NCBI GenBank assembly: GCA_963804975.1
Contig: CAWDSG010000002.1
Location: 1-51,553, forward strand
Direction of reading: 5' to 3'
Length of the DNA: 51,553 bases
DNA from: an uncultured bacterium
GTDB taxonomy: Bacteria > Patescibacteriota > Minisyncoccia > Phycocordibacterales > GWA1-40-21
Position numbers and translations under genes: made by a program
The notes under the pieces: model-generated
Told to the model about the DNA's origin: nothing
Database searches by the model: none
What the model saw: only the letters and a program-made list of their open reading frames with translations
Part shown: positions 27,845 through 36,187 of the stretch, piece by piece
How the letters are laid out: each line of letters opens with the position of its first letter
How positions within the stretch are numbered: the first letter of the stretch is position 1

Positions 27845-28813
27845 CTATTTCTTATTATGAAACTTTTGGTGGACATCGCGGAGGTGTTTGTCGGTAACAT
27901 GGGTGTAAATTTGGGTTGTGGCGATATTTGCATGGCCGAGCATGGCTTGAACGCTTCTTATATCGGCGCCGTTTGAAAGCAGGTCGGTGGCAAAACAGTG
28001 GCGGATGACATGGGGAGTGACTTTTTTGGAAATCCCGGCGATTGCCGCGTATTTTTTGACGATTCTTTCGATTGAACGGCGAGTCAGTCCTTCATCAGAA
28101 CTTTTGTTTCCCGAGGAGAGACCTTTTTTAGGATTCAAGGTATCACCTCGGGAAATTTCATCACTAATTTTAACAAAAAGCGCATCGGACATATCTTTTC
28201 GGAGCGCCAAATATTCTTTTACCGCCGTTTTTGCTTCGGGTGAGAGAAAAACAACGCGCACTTTTCCTCCTTTTCCGCGAATTGAGAATTCATCCTGCCT
28301 GATATCCAAATCGTTCGTAAGGGAACAAAGTTCGGAAACGCGAAGGCCGGTGGAAAACAAAAGTTCCAAAATAGCATGTCCTCTGGCCCTTTTTTCAGGA
28401 TTTTCCTCGGAATCGGGAGCTTTCAGTAGCCGCTGCAATTCTTCAGGCGAGATGACATCTATGGCCCTTTCGCCGACTTTTGCCAGCTCTATCTGGTCGG
28501 CTTGAAGGGAAGTGATACCTCGCTTGGTCAAAAATTTTAAAAAAGTACGAAGAGCTATAAGATAATAATTCTGTGTTTTCTTTTTCATCGTCTCTCCGGT
28601 GGCGCGATTGTTCCCGGCCACTTGTCGATTGAGCCACATGCGAAAATCACGGACTTTTTCGTTTGTTATGTCTTTCGGGTCGTCAGCTTTTGTTTGTTGC
28701 AAAAAAACGGTCAGATAATGGTCATAATTTTCCACCGTGCGGAGTGCGCGGCCTTTTTCAATTTCTATGTACTCAAGGAATTGTTGTTTGAGTTCTTGCA
28801 GTTTCACACCCAT
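27845..28813 (-). CDS. tyrosine recombinase, XerC/XerD-like
   Basis: N-terminal SAM-like domain and catalytic residues in RVSEL, HVIRHCFATDLL and LGHANIATTQIYTHV. Confidence 0.85.
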   Translation of the reverse strand: MGVKLQELKQQFLEYIEIEKGRALRTVENYDHYLTVFLQQTKADDPKDITNEKVRDFRMWLNRQVAGNNRATGETMKKKTQNYYLIALRTFLKFLTKRGITSLQADQIELAKVGERAIDVISPEELQRLLKAPDSEENPEKRARGHAILELLFSTGLRVSELCSLTNDLDIRQDEFSIRGKGGKVRVVFLSPEAKTAVKEYLALRKDMSDALFVKISDEISRGDTLNPKKGLSSGNKSSDEGLTRRSIERIVKKYAAIAGISKKVTPHVIRHCFATDLLSNGADIRSVQAMLGHANIATTQIYTHVTDKHLRDVHQKFHNKK

Positions 28814-28962
28814 ATTTTACCATGTCGCACAATATAAAAACAAGGATTTTGGCCCTGTTTTTCAAGCTGGAAGGTAAGAAATTTAAAATCCATTGACAAA
28901 TACATATATGTATGATACCATTGAAAGTAGGCGGAAATACCATTCAATTAAGGAGGATTGCA

Positions 28963-29142
28963 ATGAAAACCTTCAAACTTTACTGGAAATGCGGCCAAAG
29001 TGAGACCGTTCGGGGTTATGATTTTATTGATGCTTGCAGAAATGCCGGCATCAGCCAAGAAACCGTTTCGTCTCACCTTGATCGTTACGAGGAAGAGCAA
29101 CGGGCACGAAATTCTCGCCTTGAGATGGCTGTTTCACAGTAA
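28963..29142 (+). CDS. hypothetical small protein
   Basis: AAGGAGG RBS 6 nt before the ATG, and a terminator downstream. Confidence 0.5.
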   Translation: MKTFKLYWKCGQSETVRGYDFIDACRNAGISQETVSSHLDRYEEEQRARNSRLEMAVSQ

Positions 29143-29245
29143 AAACAACAAGTGAAAAATAAGCCTCGCGCGCAAGTGCGGGGCTTTTTGTTGGAAAAAA
29201 TAAGAATTTATTGCATTTTAAGCATAAATATGCTATCATTTCGCC

Positions 29246-29509
29246 ATGTTAACAAAGACGAAAAAACAGAAAGTCATCAAAGAAGTGGCTCTTCATGACA
29301 CCGATACCGGTTCTCCGGAAGTCCAGATTGCCGTGCTTTCAAAGAAAATCGAGGAATTGACCAAACATTTGAAGAAAAATGCAAAGGATAATCACTCAAG
29401 AAGAGGGCTTATCGGAATGGTGGCGGACAGAAGAAAACATTTGAAATATTTGGAAAAACACGCTCCTAAAAGGTACGAAGCGATAGCGAAGAAAGTAGGA
29501 TTGAAGTAA
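29246..29509 (+). CDS. rpsO: 30S ribosomal protein S15
   Basis: GSPEVQIA..L...I..L..HLK.N.KD.HSRRGL matches the S15 signature. Confidence 0.93.
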   Translation: MLTKTKKQKVIKEVALHDTDTGSPEVQIAVLSKKIEELTKHLKKNAKDNHSRRGLIGMVADRRKHLKYLEKHAPKRYEAIAKKVGLK

Positions 29510-29537
29510 AAAATCCGCTTTAATGAGCGGATTTTTT
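29508..29537 (+). terminator. intrinsic terminator after rpsO
   Basis: ATCCGCT-N6-AGCGGAT followed by a T-run. Confidence 0.85.
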
Positions 29538-29625
29538 ACTGAAGCAGTTTTTCTGCTAGATGTTATAATGTTAACAGTAAAAAGGTCGATTATTAATAGA
29601 AATTAAATGAAATATTTAAATAAAT

Positions 29626-30156
29626 ATGTCAGTAATTAAACACAAAAACCAGAGAGTTGGAATTTTTATAGATACGCAAAATCTTTATCATTCGGCAAAA
29701 AATTTATACGGGGCAAAAGTCAATTTTGGCCAGGTAGTGAAAGACGCTTTGGACGGCAGAGTTTTGATACGAGCGACAGCTTACGTCATTAGCACCGAAT
29801 CAGGCGAAGAAAAAAGCTTTTTTGAAGCGCTCGGCAAAGTCGGTATAACGATAAAAACAAAAAATCTGCAGATATTCGCGGGAGGCGCAAAAAAAGCCGA
29901 CTGGGATGTCGGAATGGCAGTAGATGCCATATCGCTTTCGCCAAAGCTTGATGCAGTGATACTCGTGACAGGCGACGGAGATTTTATCCCGCTTGTGGAA
30001 TATCTCAAAGTCACGGAAGGATGCCAGGTAGAATGCGTTTCTTTCGGCAAATCAACATCAGCACGGCTTATAGAAGCAGTTGATGATTTTATGGATTTGG
30101 ACAAGGATCCTTACAAATACATGATAGGCGCGGGAGGAAGAGGAAGAAGAAAGTGA
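29626..30156 (+). CDS. NYN-domain (LabA-like) protein
   Basis: RVGIFIDTQNLY... and VTGDGDFIPLV motifs of LabA/NYN nucleases. Confidence 0.8.
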   Translation: MSVIKHKNQRVGIFIDTQNLYHSAKNLYGAKVNFGQVVKDALDGRVLIRATAYVISTESGEEKSFFEALGKVGITIKTKNLQIFAGGAKKADWDVGMAVDAISLSPKLDAVILVTGDGDFIPLVEYLKVTEGCQVECVSFGKSTSARLIEAVDDFMDLDKDPYKYMIGAGGRGRRK

Positions 30157-30166
30157 TTGAAAAATT

Positions 30167-30200
30167 AAAAAAGGCCGGTTTCTTATGAAACCGGCCTTTT
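30167..30200. terminator. bidirectional terminator
   Basis: GGCCGGTTT-N6-AAACCGGCC flanked by A and T runs. Confidence 0.88.
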
Positions 30201-30205
30201 GGTTT

Positions 30206-30553
30206 TTACGCCATATCCAAGGAATTTTTAGCGCAATAATCCGTCCAGGCATTCCACAAAGATGGGTTTATTTCTTTCAACTTATCCTCTAATTTATCTG
30301 GGTCTAAATAAAATTCTTCAGAAATTTTTACTAGTTCATCCCTGAAACTTTTCCATTCCCGTGAAGAAATTTCCAGTTTCTTAAAAATTTCCTGATCCGA
30401 ATTTATTTTCTCTGGATTAAGATTGGGTAAATCCGCCGATACTTTGGAAAGAAGAGTTGCAATTACATTTTGCACAAATCTTTCGGTGTCTTCCTTTTGT
30501 TTAGTCTTGAGATTCAAAAATTGCTTTAAAAAATCACTCGGGCCCTGTCCCAT
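30206..30553 (-). CDS. hypothetical protein
   Basis: The start MGQGPSD is preceded by AAGGAG. No family recognised. Confidence 0.5.
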   Translation of the reverse strand: MGQGPSDFLKQFLNLKTKQKEDTERFVQNVIATLLSKVSADLPNLNPEKINSDQEIFKKLEISSREWKSFRDELVKISEEFYLDPDKLEDKLKEINPSLWNAWTDYCAKNSLDMA

Positions 30554-30741
30554 TTTAAACTCCTTTGAATTTATACTTGTACTTCTGTTTAAAGAGTACA
30601 AGGTTTGTTGTTTTTGTCAATGATTTGAAAAATTCGGATTTTATGTTAATTTTAACTTGTTATCAATTAATAAATTGGCCTTTGGATAAGCAGCTCAAAA
30701 CTTTATAGTTCTGATCTGAAATCTGAAGGTCAGCTAAAAAT

Positions 30742-32856
30742 ATGACAAAAAAAGAATTCTCCACCGAACTCGGCGGAAAGAAACTCATAGCGGAGTTTAA
30801 CGATTGGACCGAAAACGCCCACGGTTCGGTAGTTTTGAAATACGGCGAGACGACAGTCCTCGCGACAGCTGTTATTTCAAAAGAAGTGAGAGAAGGCACG
30901 GATTATCTGCCTCTGACGGTTGATTACGAGGAAAAATTTTACGCCACAGGGCAAATTCTCGGCTCAAGATACACAAGAAGAGAAGGAAGGCCGTCTGACG
31001 AAGCGATTCTTTCAGGAAGGGTGGTGGACAGGACGATCCGCCCTCTTTTTGACCAGTGGATCAGAAATGAAATCCAGGTTGTTATAACAGTTTTGTCTTT
31101 GGATCAGGACGACCCGGATACTATCGGCGTTATTGCGGCATCGCTTGCGCTAGGAGTTTCAAAAATTCCTTTCAACGGTCCAGTAAGCGCCGTCCGAGTC
31201 GGAAAACATAAAAATGACGGCTTCCAAGTGAATCCAACTTATGTTGAAAGAGAAAACGAATTTTATGAAATTGATCTTGTTGCCTGCGGAAAAGACGGAA
31301 ATATAAACATGATAGAGCAAGCCAGCGACGAAGCGCAGGAATCTATAGTTGTTGACGCTTTGAAACTTGCATCGGAAGAAATCGAAAAACTGAACAAGTG
31401 GCAGAAAGAAATATTTGCGAAAATTGGCCAGAAAAAAATGGAAATGAAAGAGCCGGCCGTTCCGGAATCGGTAAAAAATCTTTTTGAAGAAAAAATTGCC
31501 GGAAAATTCGAAAAATATGTGATGAGCGGAATCGCAGGACATTCAAAAATAGACGAGGTGAGCGAAGAATGGATGAAAATCGCCGAAGAAACTCTTTCTG
31601 AGGAAGATTTTCCTTTTGCGGAAAAATATTTGAATACAAAACTTGACAATATGATCCACGAACAGGTTTTGAAGCACAGCAAAAGAGCGGATGGCAGAAA
31701 AATGGATGAACTTCGGCCGATTTCCGCGCAAGCCGGAGGAATATCCGACATACTTCACGGTTCGGGAATATTTTACAGGGGAGGAACTCATATTCTTTCG
31801 GTTCTTACTCTTGGCGGGCCAAAAGACGCGCAGATAATAGAAGGGATGGAAGAAAAACAGGAAGCAAAAAGATTCATGCATCATTACAATTTTCCTCCTT
31901 TCTCAACAGGCGAAACAGGAAGAATGGGCGGAACAAACAGAAGAATGATCGGGCACGGCGCCCTTGCGGAAAAAGCTTTGCTTCCTATGATTCCAAAACA
32001 GGAAGATTTCCCTTATACGATAAGATTGGTTTCAGAAGCTCTCTCATCAAACGGTTCCACTTCAATGGGATCGGTCTGCGGTTCGGTCCTTGCGCTTATG
32101 GACGGCGGAGTGCCGATAAAAAAACCCGTTGCAGGCATTGCTTCGGGGCTTATGATGGACGAAAAAGGAAATTATAAAATTCTTACGGATATTCAAGGGC
32201 CTGAAGATCATTTCGGCGACATGGATTTCAAAGTTGCCGGAACAAAAGACGGAATTACAGCAATACAGATGGATGTTAAAGTCAGCGGAGTTCCAATTCA
32301 TGTCCTCACTGAAGCCTTTGAAAAAGCAAAACAGGCGCGACTGAAAATTCTTGAAGTAATGCTTAAAGCAATATCAGAACCGAGAAAAGATATTTCAAAA
32401 AATGCTCCGAAAATATTGGTATTGAAAATAAAACCGGATCAGATCGGCGGAGTCATCGGTTCGGGAGGAAAAACAATCAAAGCAATTAAGGAAAAAACCG
32501 GCGCTGAAATAGATATTGACGATGACGGCACGGTATATGTGACAGGGAAAGAAGGTTCCGCGGAAAAAGCCAAAAAAATAGTGGAAGAAATGACTCACGA
32601 ATATAAGCTCGGCGAAAAATTTGAAGGAACAGTCGTCAGGATTGAATCATTCGGCGCTTTCGTGAATATTGGATATGAAACCGACGGTATGGTGCATGTT
32701 TCCGAGATCGCTCCTTTCAGAGTGGAAAATGTTTCCGATTATTTGAAAATCGGCGACAAAGTGCCGGTTGTGGTAAAGGGAATTGACGAAAGAGACAGGA
32801 TTGCCTTGTCCATAAAATCCGCAAATAAAGATTTCTTCAAGCAGAAAATGAAGTAA
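30742..32856 (+). CDS. pnp: polyribonucleotide nucleotidyltransferase (PNPase)
   Basis: 704 aa with two RNase PH domains followed by KH and S1 domains (GKTIKAI.., GTVVRIESFGAFV). Confidence 0.94.
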   Translation: MTKKEFSTELGGKKLIAEFNDWTENAHGSVVLKYGETTVLATAVISKEVREGTDYLPLTVDYEEKFYATGQILGSRYTRREGRPSDEAILSGRVVDRTIRPLFDQWIRNEIQVVITVLSLDQDDPDTIGVIAASLALGVSKIPFNGPVSAVRVGKHKNDGFQVNPTYVERENEFYEIDLVACGKDGNINMIEQASDEAQESIVVDALKLASEEIEKLNKWQKEIFAKIGQKKMEMKEPAVPESVKNLFEEKIAGKFEKYVMSGIAGHSKIDEVSEEWMKIAEETLSEEDFPFAEKYLNTKLDNMIHEQVLKHSKRADGRKMDELRPISAQAGGISDILHGSGIFYRGGTHILSVLTLGGPKDAQIIEGMEEKQEAKRFMHHYNFPPFSTGETGRMGGTNRRMIGHGALAEKALLPMIPKQEDFPYTIRLVSEALSSNGSTSMGSVCGSVLALMDGGVPIKKPVAGIASGLMMDEKGNYKILTDIQGPEDHFGDMDFKVAGTKDGITAIQMDVKVSGVPIHVLTEAFEKAKQARLKILEVMLKAISEPRKDISKNAPKILVLKIKPDQIGGVIGSGGKTIKAIKEKTGAEIDIDDDGTVYVTGKEGSAEKAKKIVEEMTHEYKLGEKFEGTVVRIESFGAFVNIGYETDGMVHVSEIAPFRVENVSDYLKIGDKVPVVVKGIDERDRIALSIKSANKDFFKQKMK

Positions 32857-32880
32857 AAAATAATTAAAAAGCCGATTTAT

Positions 32881-32908
32881 TTTCTGCTGACTTGAGAAAG
32901 TCAGAATC
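32881..32908 (+). repeat. polar intergenic repeat, copy a (divergent)
   Basis: tttctgctgacttgagaaagtcagaatc shares TCTGCT...GAGAAAGTCAGAA with the family. Confidence 0.6.
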
Positions 32909-32914
32909 AGTTTT

Positions 32915-32943
32915 TTGTCGTTTAAGAAGAAAGATGGTATAAT
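32915..32943 (+). promoter_or_regulatory. sigma70-like promoter (TTGTCG-17-TGgTATAAT)
   Basis: Extended -10 box 6 nt upstream of the ATG region of the 32950 ORF. Confidence 0.5.
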
Positions 32944-32949
32944 AAAAAT

Positions 32950-33267
32950 ATGAAATTTGATGAATCAGGTCAACCAAATATTGAAAGAGAAGCTAAAATA
33001 ATTCCTATTATTGATATAATAGCAAAAGCAGTAGGAAAAATTAATCCGGATGAACCGTATGTACCGGGTGTTCCATATAAATTAGCTGAAAAAATTCTTG
33101 ATTCAAAAGGAGAAACTATCGAAGATAAAGTCAATGACATGTTTAAAACTTCTTTTAAAGATACACCGGAGTTGAGAAAAGCACATCCTGAAATATACGA
33201 AGGATTAAATAAAATAAAAGCACTTATCATTGAAGATCTTCAGAAAAAATATCCGAACGGTTTTTAA
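32950..33267 (+). CDS. hypothetical protein
   Basis: 105-aa ORF, the sole gene in the unit between repeat copies a and b. Confidence 0.5.
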   Translation: MKFDESGQPNIEREAKIIPIIDIIAKAVGKINPDEPYVPGVPYKLAEKILDSKGETIEDKVNDMFKTSFKDTPELRKAHPEIYEGLNKIKALIIEDLQKKYPNGF

Positions 33268-33300
33268 TTTCTGCTCTATTTAGATAGAGGAAGTCAGAAC
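33268..33300 (+). repeat. polar intergenic repeat, copy b
   Basis: The sequence is tttctgctctatttagatagaggaagtcagaac. Confidence 0.75.
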
Positions 33301-33315
33301 ATGTTTATTTATAAA

Positions 33316-33822
33316 TTAAACAAGATCGTTTAATATTGATTTAGCTATTTCTTTAGGTTTGATTTTGCTCGTATCAAAAATTTTTTCTCCTTTAATTTTG
33401 TAAGGATTGCACCAATAACTTTTAATTGCATTTTTTGTTATTTTATATTTAACATCCGGTATAATTCTTCTTCTATTTCTCTCTAAACAAACTTTCAAAG
33501 GCGGGTAAAGTAAGTATGAATATAATTTATACTTGTTCTTTTTAGCCAGTTTTTTATAGGCATCATATTGATATGCTTTATTGGAATGTATATCAGCGAT
33601 GATTACTCTGCCGGTTTTTTTCATAATTTCATCGGCTAAAAAGATTGCTGTTTTGAATGCCATGCGATCTCGCCATTCGGAAGCTTTTGCATGATCAATG
33701 GATCTTTTGAACGAATCCATATCTACAATACTTGCTTTATGAATATTCTTTTTCAACAGTTCAACGATTGTTGATTTGCCTCCGCAAATTGGACCGCGTA
33801 TGAGGATAATAACTTTTTTCAT
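33316..33822 (-). CDS. P-loop NTPase / small-molecule-kinase-like protein
   Basis: Walker A GPICGGKST at the N-terminus. At 168 aa it has a size and layout like the AAA_33 / zeta-toxin-like kinase fold. Confidence 0.65.
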   Translation of the reverse strand: MKKVIILIRGPICGGKSTIVELLKKNIHKASIVDMDSFKRSIDHAKASEWRDRMAFKTAIFLADEIMKKTGRVIIADIHSNKAYQYDAYKKLAKKNKYKLYSYLLYPPLKVCLERNRRRIIPDVKYKITKNAIKSYWCNPYKIKGEKIFDTSKIKPKEIAKSILNDLV

Positions 33823-33843
33823 GATGAAAATTATATCATGAAA

Positions 33844-33875
33844 TTTCTGCTCTACTGGCTGGAGAAAGTTAAAAC
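33844..33875 (+). repeat. polar intergenic repeat, copy c
   Basis: The sequence is tttctgctctactggctggagaaagttaaaac. Confidence 0.75.
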
Positions 33876-33879
33876 CTGG

Positions 33880-34473
33880 TTATGCTCCCCAAATAGATAA
33901 ATTTGGATATTTTTTTCTTAGGGCAGTTAATTCAGTCTCAGATAGCATAGGAAGTAAAACACTACCTTTAACAGATTTAGGAAGTTTAAGACCCTTAGCT
34001 GATTCCAAATCTTGAAGAATAAGATTTCCATTGATGACTTCAGGAAATTTTACACCATCTGCTGATATAATATTTGAAAGATCAAGATTACCGCCAATAG
34101 ATTCCGGAAATTTAAGACCCTTTGCTGATTCCAACGTTTTAAGATATAGGTGTCCCCCAATAAATTCTGGAAGTTTCAAACCCTTAGCTGATTCAATATT
34201 ATCAAGATTAACCTCTCCACCAACATGTTTAGGAAGCTCTAAAACTCCAGTTTCGGGAAGATATCTAAGATCAAGATTACCGCCAACAAATTCTGGAAAT
34301 TTCAAACCTTTAGTTGATGTAAGATTTCGTAGGTCAAGATTACCACTAATAGACTTCGGAAGTTTTAAACCTTCGGCTGATGTGAGAGTAGAATAATCAA
34401 GGTCGCCTTGAAATTCATATTGTTGTTCCTGTTTATTTTCTTCAAAAATTTCTTCTGGATTAATCTTTTTCAT
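33880..34473 (-). CDS. repeat protein with seven 21-aa LRR-like repeats
   Basis: The unit (S/T)AKGLK(L/F)Pxx(I/V)GGNLDLxxLx is repeated 7 times, and a 63-bp periodicity is visible in the DNA at about 33942-34386. Confidence 0.65.
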   Translation of the reverse strand: MKKINPEEIFEENKQEQQYEFQGDLDYSTLTSAEGLKLPKSISGNLDLRNLTSTKGLKFPEFVGGNLDLRYLPETGVLELPKHVGGEVNLDNIESAKGLKLPEFIGGHLYLKTLESAKGLKFPESIGGNLDLSNIISADGVKFPEVINGNLILQDLESAKGLKLPKSVKGSVLLPMLSETELTALRKKYPNLSIWGA

Positions 34474-34502
34474 ATCAAAAGTATATCATAATTATAGTTA
34501 GA

Positions 34503-34536
34503 ATATCTGCTCCATCGGCTAGAGGAAATTAGAATC
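34503..34536 (+). repeat. polar intergenic repeat, copy d
   Basis: The sequence is atatctgctccatcggctagaggaaattagaatc. Confidence 0.75.
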
Positions 34537-34589
34537 ATATTCGGGACAAAACCGGCATTTTTTAGTATAATGGGAAAAATTTCATTATT

Positions 34590-35642
34590 ATGGACGAAGA
34601 TATTGATGTAGAAAAAAATAAAGACGATCTTGATGAAAAACTGCGGGAAGCTGTCAGCGGCGAATTGAGTTCCTATGTAAATCCGCAGCCAACTTCAAAT
34701 TCCGCGGTAAAAACTCCGGTAAAACCGATTATCAGGACTTACAAAAGCGATATGGAGGAAACGATCGAAGCAGGGCATCTTTCTTCCATCAATATGGCTA
34801 TCAGTGAGAACAAAAAAATGATGGGCCGGATGAAGCAGGGAATATCCGAGATAAAAAAATCACCTGTCCGGTCAGGAAAATTAAATAAAAACATAATTAT
34901 TATAAGTTTGGTGCTTGTCGCCGGCGGAGCGGCGGCGATTTTCGTACCATACTTTTTGGTGCAAAAACAAAACGCACCTTCAACAGTGGCTTCAAGCACT
35001 ATCACCGCATTAACCCAATCCATAATGACGACCGATATTGAGGAAAAAATAAACATCAAAGACATAAACCTAAACGGAATAGACACGACTTTGAAACAAA
35101 GGGTTGACCAGTCAGCGACAAATCTCGGACAAATCAAAGATTTTGTGCTGACAAAAGGAAATGGAACAAATGAAGCTCCGATCTTGGCAAGTGAATTCCT
35201 GACTATGATCAAAGCTGATGTTCCGCCGGCAATATCACGGAATCTTCTGCCGCAATATATGTTCGGAATGCACAATTACAACGGAAATCAGGAATTTTTG
35301 ATATTGAAAGTCAGCTCATACGATACGACATTTTCCGGAATGCTTTTGTGGGAAACAGACCTGTGGCAGAACTTTAAAAACCTTTTCGGCCTTTCCGATA
35401 CTGCCGGCTCCGAAACACCTATAGCAAGCACTTCAGGCCAAAATTCATTTGGTATAACAGTGAAAAGATTCCAGGATGCCGAATTCGCCAACAAGGATTG
35501 CAGGGTGGTAAAAGACGATTCAGGAAATATAGTTTTCCTTTATTCAATCATAAATCCAAGCACTGTCGTCATAACTACCAGCTCGGATACATTGAAAGAA
35601 ATAATTTCAAGAACGAGCAGAATAAATACCGTAACTCAGTAA
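34590..35642 (+). CDS. hypothetical single-pass membrane protein
   Basis: 350 aa with a central TM segment (IIIISLVLVAGGAAAIFVPYFLV). No family recognised. Confidence 0.6.
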   Translation: MDEDIDVEKNKDDLDEKLREAVSGELSSYVNPQPTSNSAVKTPVKPIIRTYKSDMEETIEAGHLSSINMAISENKKMMGRMKQGISEIKKSPVRSGKLNKNIIIISLVLVAGGAAAIFVPYFLVQKQNAPSTVASSTITALTQSIMTTDIEEKINIKDINLNGIDTTLKQRVDQSATNLGQIKDFVLTKGNGTNEAPILASEFLTMIKADVPPAISRNLLPQYMFGMHNYNGNQEFLILKVSSYDTTFSGMLLWETDLWQNFKNLFGLSDTAGSETPIASTSGQNSFGITVKRFQDAEFANKDCRVVKDDSGNIVFLYSIINPSTVVITTSSDTLKEIISRTSRINTVTQ

Positions 35643-35684
35643 TCGCTTGGTTTTGGAATAAAATTTTGATACAATTCAATCACT

Positions 35685-36044
35685 ATGATAGATACAAATA
35701 AATTCAAAAAGAAATTGGAGAAAGAATTGAAGCTTGTGGAAGCCGAGCTCGCCGATATTGGCATGGAAGACAAATCAAACCCGGTAGACGGCTGGAAAGC
35801 TGTTGAAACGGAGATTGATTCGGACCATGCCGATGACAATGACGTAGCAGACAATCTGGAAAGCTTTGACGAAAATAGGTCAGTAGTGGATAATCTGAAA
35901 ATTCAATACGAAAACATCAAGCTTGCTTTGGAAAAAATCAAGAAAGGCATTTATGGCAAATGCGAAGTCGGCGGTGAAGATATTCCTGAAGCCCGCCTTG
36001 AAGCAAATCCAAGCGCAAAAACTTGTATAAAACATGCTCGCTAG
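35685..36044 (+). CDS. DksA/TraR-family protein with degenerate zinc finger
   Basis: Coiled-coil N-terminus and the C-terminal sequence GIYGKCEVGGEDIPEARLEANPSAKTCIKH. Only 2 of the usual 4 cysteines are present. Confidence 0.6.
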   Translation: MIDTNKFKKKLEKELKLVEAELADIGMEDKSNPVDGWKAVETEIDSDHADDNDVADNLESFDENRSVVDNLKIQYENIKLALEKIKKGIYGKCEVGGEDIPEARLEANPSAKTCIKHAR

Positions 36045-36187
36045 TCAAAAGTTGAAAGTTTTGCTAGAATAGAATTAGCATACCAGCCAAGCTTCTTCGT
36101 CGTCCTGAATCCGGGACATAAATCGAAAGCTCAAATCGGCTGGTTTTTTTATTTGAATTAATTTCAAATAATGTATAATACTCTTAA

